Source: Phycisphaerales bacterium
Lineage (GTDB): Bacteria; Planctomycetota; Phycisphaerae; Phycisphaerales; UBA1924
NCBI GenBank assembly: GCA_007694925.1
Contig: REET01000127.1
Coordinates: forward strand, 1-48,850
Direction of reading: 5' to 3'
DNA length: 48,850 nt
This document shows, piece by piece, positions 45,662 to 48,850 of the stretch. Within the stretch, counting starts at the first letter, position 1, and every line of letters begins with the position of its first letter. A program made the position numbers and the translations under genes. Under the pieces are notes generated by a model that saw only the letters and a program-made list of their open reading frames with translations, was not told the DNA's origin and did not search any database.

Positions 45662-47908
45662 ATGCAACGAAACACCGTTCTGCAACTGATCGCGCTGGGT
45701 GTTTTCGCGTCGTGCGTCGCCGCGGCGGGGTTCGTCTCGACACGCCTGACCAGCTCGTCCAGCCGCCACCAACTGGTCTACACCGAGCACACCGCCGAGG
45801 GCCTTCCCGCCGCCGTCGGGCTCGGCGTCGCCCTCGGGCCGGTCCGCGGGTTCTTCGTCAACTTCCTTTGGATGCGGGCCAACCAGCTCAAGGACGACGG
45901 CCGCTTCCACGAGGCGATGAACCTCTCGCGGGCCATCACCGCCCTCCAGCCCCGCTACCCCCATGTCTGGGTCTTCCACGCCTGGAACATGGCGTACAAC
46001 ATCTCCGTCACCAGTTCCGACCGCCACGAACGCTGGCAGTGGGTCAACAACGGCATCCAGCTCCTCCGCAACGACGCCATCCGTTTCAACAACTCCGACC
46101 TGCTGATCCACAAAGAGCTCGGCTGGATCTTCCTCCACAAGATCTCCGGCGTCACCGACGACGCCAACCAGTTCTACAAGCGAGAACTCGCCGCCGAGTG
46201 GACCGAGGTGCTCGGCGAGCCCCCCAGGCTCGGACCCGTCCTCTCCGCCTCGCTGGCCAGGACCCTCTCAGAGAGCCTGCGCGGGACGCACGGGTACCGA
46301 CTCCAGCTCCCCCGCAACGAGGGCGAGCGCATCGCCCGACGCTTCACATCCGTCGCCCGCGCCGATTTCGAGCAGACACTGGAAGAAGGCGTCGGTCCCG
46401 ACAACACCCTGACGCGGCGCCAGGCCGAGGCCCTCGCCGAGATGCTCGAGCGTTTCGGTGTCGCAGGCGAGCTGCCCCGCATCCCCCTGAGCCAGTACCT
46501 CGCCGGCGCGCTCTACGAGGCCTGGTTCGGCCCCGTCGCGGCGGCGCCCGAGACGATGGCCGAACTCTACCAGCGGAACCCGCAGACGCGGGCGCTCGTC
46601 GAGGCCATCCGCGCCAATGTCACCACCAACCTCGACCGCACCTTCCTCCAGCGGTACACGCGGACACGGGCGATCGCAAACTCCGTCTACCGCGACCGCC
46701 TCGACCAGGTCGGCCCCCGCTCGCGCGCCCTCTTCGACCTCGTCGAGGACGAACGCTTCGCCGACGCTTGGCCCGCCCTGCTCAACCATGTCCGCAGGCG
46801 CGTCCTCATCGACCACTACAACATGGAGCCGTCGCGCATGATCCGCTACACGCGACGCTTCGGGCCCATCGACTGGAGACACCCCGCCGCGCACGCCCTC
46901 TACTGGACCACCCGCGGCGTCGAACTCAGCCTCCGGCGCGTCGAGGACCGCAACCAGGACGACTTCGACTTCATCAACACCGACCGGCAGGTCATGCACG
47001 CCCTCCAGGAGCTCTACCGCTTCGGCGATCTCTACTTCAGTTACCTCTACCATGTCTTCCCATCGCTCCGCCTCGATCGAGGCCAGCTCGCCGACGGCAT
47101 GGTGATCGACAGCCTCTACAGGGCCGTCCCCAACGCATACTTCATCGACACCTACGCCCAGACGCTCGAAGAGCTCCGCGAGCGCGCCAACCAGTTCGGC
47201 ATCTTCGAGGACTACCGCCGGCGCACCTACACCCTCTACTCCGCCGGCTACGAGAACTTCCTCAAGGACGCCATCCGCTTCCTCTACCGTCGCGGCGAGA
47301 TCGAACGCGCCAACTACTACCACGAGAAGCTGATCACCTACGACAAGCGGAATGTCCACTACGCCGCGCTCACCTACGAGCTGGCCACCTCCATCGACGA
47401 GTTCGTCCGCGAGCAGTTCTCTGAGGACCGCTTCAAGACCCACTATGTCGCGGTCTCGGAGATCGAGGCCGCCCTCCAGGGCGCGTTCATCAACGGGCTG
47501 CTGACGGGCAACGACACGCTCTTCCAGCGCAACTTCGCCTACGCCAGGGCCTTCCACCGCGCGTATGTGCGCGAGCAGGTCGAGGGCATGGACCTCGCAG
47601 CCGCCGGCGGACGCGGACGCGCCCGCATGGAGGTCGTCGACCGCGACTTCCGCTGGGTTGCGGGCAGCACCTTCATGGACCTGATCTCCACGCTGGACAT
47701 CTCCGACGCCGAACGCGTCTACGACGCAGCGCCCGAGGACCTCCGGCGCTTCGGCTACTGGATCATGCAGCGCGAGGTCGGCTCGGCGCGCAACCCCGAG
47801 ATCGCCCTCGGCGGACGCGAGTTCAACGATGTCTTCCCAGAGCCCCCGGGCATGGACGAGTTCGAGCGCTGGATGGACGAACAGCTCACCCGATTCCGGT
47901 CGAACTGA
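45662..47908 (+). CDS. Hypothetical membrane-anchored helical-repeat protein (748 aa)
   Basis: ATG start with an N-terminal anchor (VLQLIALGVFASCVAAAGFV). Composition is normal (W, Y, F, N rich) and the region LWMRANQLKDDGRFHEAMNLSRAITALQPRYPHVW looks TPR-like. I recognise no family. Confidence 0.6.
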   Translation: MQRNTVLQLIALGVFASCVAAAGFVSTRLTSSSSRHQLVYTEHTAEGLPAAVGLGVALGPVRGFFVNFLWMRANQLKDDGRFHEAMNLSRAITALQPRYPHVWVFHAWNMAYNISVTSSDRHERWQWVNNGIQLLRNDAIRFNNSDLLIHKELGWIFLHKISGVTDDANQFYKRELAAEWTEVLGEPPRLGPVLSASLARTLSESLRGTHGYRLQLPRNEGERIARRFTSVARADFEQTLEEGVGPDNTLTRRQAEALAEMLERFGVAGELPRIPLSQYLAGALYEAWFGPVAAAPETMAELYQRNPQTRALVEAIRANVTTNLDRTFLQRYTRTRAIANSVYRDRLDQVGPRSRALFDLVEDERFADAWPALLNHVRRRVLIDHYNMEPSRMIRYTRRFGPIDWRHPAAHALYWTTRGVELSLRRVEDRNQDDFDFINTDRQVMHALQELYRFGDLYFSYLYHVFPSLRLDRGQLADGMVIDSLYRAVPNAYFIDTYAQTLEELRERANQFGIFEDYRRRTYTLYSAGYENFLKDAIRFLYRRGEIERANYYHEKLITYDKRNVHYAALTYELATSIDEFVREQFSEDRFKTHYVAVSEIEAALQGAFINGLLTGNDTLFQRNFAYARAFHRAYVREQVEGMDLAAAGGRGRARMEVVDRDFRWVAGSTFMDLISTLDISDAERVYDAAPEDLRRFGYWIMQREVGSARNPEIALGGREFNDVFPEPPGMDEFERWMDEQLTRFRSN

Positions 47909-47944
47909 ACGCCGCGGCCCAGCCCCCGGCTCTCAGTCCGCCTC

Positions 47945-48850
47945 TCAGCCCCCAACGCAGAGGCGCCGGGCGGCCTCGGCGTAACGCTCAAGCGTCCCGA
48001 GCACCACTTCCTCGGGAAGATCCGGCCCGGGCGGGCTCTTGTCCCACTCGCCCCGTGAGACAAGCCCGAGCAGGTGCTCGCGCACGAACTGCTTGTCGAA
48101 GCTCTCCTGCGCCCCGCCCGGCTTCCACCTGTCGCCCGGCCAGAAGCGTGAGCTGTCGGGCGTCAGCGCCTCGTCGATCAGGATCGCGTCGCCCTCCGCC
48201 TCGCCGCGAGCGTCCAGCGGGAAGCCGAACTCGAACTTGGTGTCGGCCAGGATCAGCCCGCGGCTTTCGGCGTGCTCGGCCGCCGCCAGGTAGATCGCCA
48301 GCGACCGCTCCCGCAGCGTCCGCATCGTCTCGGCGCCCGCGATCGCGCACGCCTCGTCGAAGCCGATGTTCTCGTCGTGGGCCCCCTGCTCGGCCTTGGT
48401 CGCGGGGGTGAAGATCGGTTCGGGCAGCTTCGAGCCCCGCTCCAGTCCCGGCGGCAGCTCCACCCCGCACACCCGACCCGACGCTCGGTACTCCTCCCAG
48501 CCCGACCCGTCGAGGTACCCCCGCACCACGCACTCAACGGGCACCACCTTGCACAGCCGCCCGATCGTCACCCGCCCGGCGAGGTCCTCCCGCGAGGTCG
48601 AGCCGATGAACGCCTCCTCGGGGATCTCGCCCTCGTCGGTCGAGAGCAGGTGGGTCCTGCAGAGCCCCTTGGCCTCGATCCAGCGGAGCCACCACGAGGC
48701 GATCGTGTTGAGGATCACCCCCTTGCCCGGGATCGGCGTGGGCATCACGACATCGAACGCGCTGATCCGGTCCGTCGCGATCACCAAGAGGCGGGGCGAG
48801 CCCTCCCCGTGCCCGAGCGTGTACACATCGCGGACCTTGCCCTCCCGGCG
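47945..48850 (-). CDS. purC: Phosphoribosylaminoimidazole-succinocarboxamide (SAICAR) synthase, 5' end cut by the window edge
   Basis: LLVIATDRISAFDVVMP and the FEFG motif region are present. The reading frame stays open to 48850 (…EGKVRDVYTLG), so the true start lies outside the window. Confidence 0.85.
   Translation of the reverse strand, partial: RREGKVRDVYTLGHGEGSPRLLVIATDRISAFDVVMPTPIPGKGVILNTIASWWLRWIEAKGLCRTHLLSTDEGEIPEEAFIGSTSREDLAGRVTIGRLCKVVPVECVVRGYLDGSGWEEYRASGRVCGVELPPGLERGSKLPEPIFTPATKAEQGAHDENIGFDEACAIAGAETMRTLRERSLAIYLAAAEHAESRGLILADTKFEFGFPLDARGEAEGDAILIDEALTPDSSRFWPGDRWKPGGAQESFDKQFVREHLLGLVSRGEWDKSPPGPDLPEEVVLGTLERYAEAARRLCVGG

Overview
This is a high-GC bacterial chromosomal window, roughly 70% GC by eye (not computed). 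The ORF track is full of long antisense and shadow ORFs. I called genes from protein motifs, amino-acid composition and start-codon context. All similarity statements come from my own recognition of motifs; no database search was run.

The content is mostly housekeeping and envelope genes:
- BamD-like TPR protein, PEP-CTERM protein, stand-alone KAS II-type ketoacyl synthase
- LysR regulator, metallophosphoesterase, aconitase AcnA
- CarH-like B12-binding protein, BioY
- Partial Opp-type ABC importer (binding protein plus one permease)
- Plant-type ferredoxin-NADP reductase, alpha/beta hydrolase, S9 peptidase
- tRNA-Leu(GAG), GT4 glycogen-synthase-like enzyme, 5'-truncated purC at the right edge

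The minus strand carries a complete chemosensory core, cheB-cheW-cheR-cheA-cheX-cheY-DUF342/FapA (24042-31438). It has no MCP gene, and the CheB receiver domain looks degenerate.

The best candidate for an undescribed system is the locus at 36029-47908. It is a tightly coupled plus-strand operon of three SPFH/HflK-HflC-like paralogs, the first fused to about 7 TM helices. These are followed by an ABC ATPase with an acidic repeat tail, a large ABC-2-type permease and a 748-aa orphan membrane-anchored protein. A paralogous ABC-2 permease is transcribed divergently, and no FtsH gene is in the window.

Second in interest is a roughly 1.05 kb lower-GC single-gene segment bounded by 34-bp inverted repeats (32/34 identical) at 11846-12931, with no recombinase nearby.

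No CRISPR array, transposase, integrase, reverse transcriptase or rRNA was seen. PEP-CTERM, a PSCyt-like motif and the gene content fit a Planctomycetota-like organism, but taxonomy cannot be established from this sequence.
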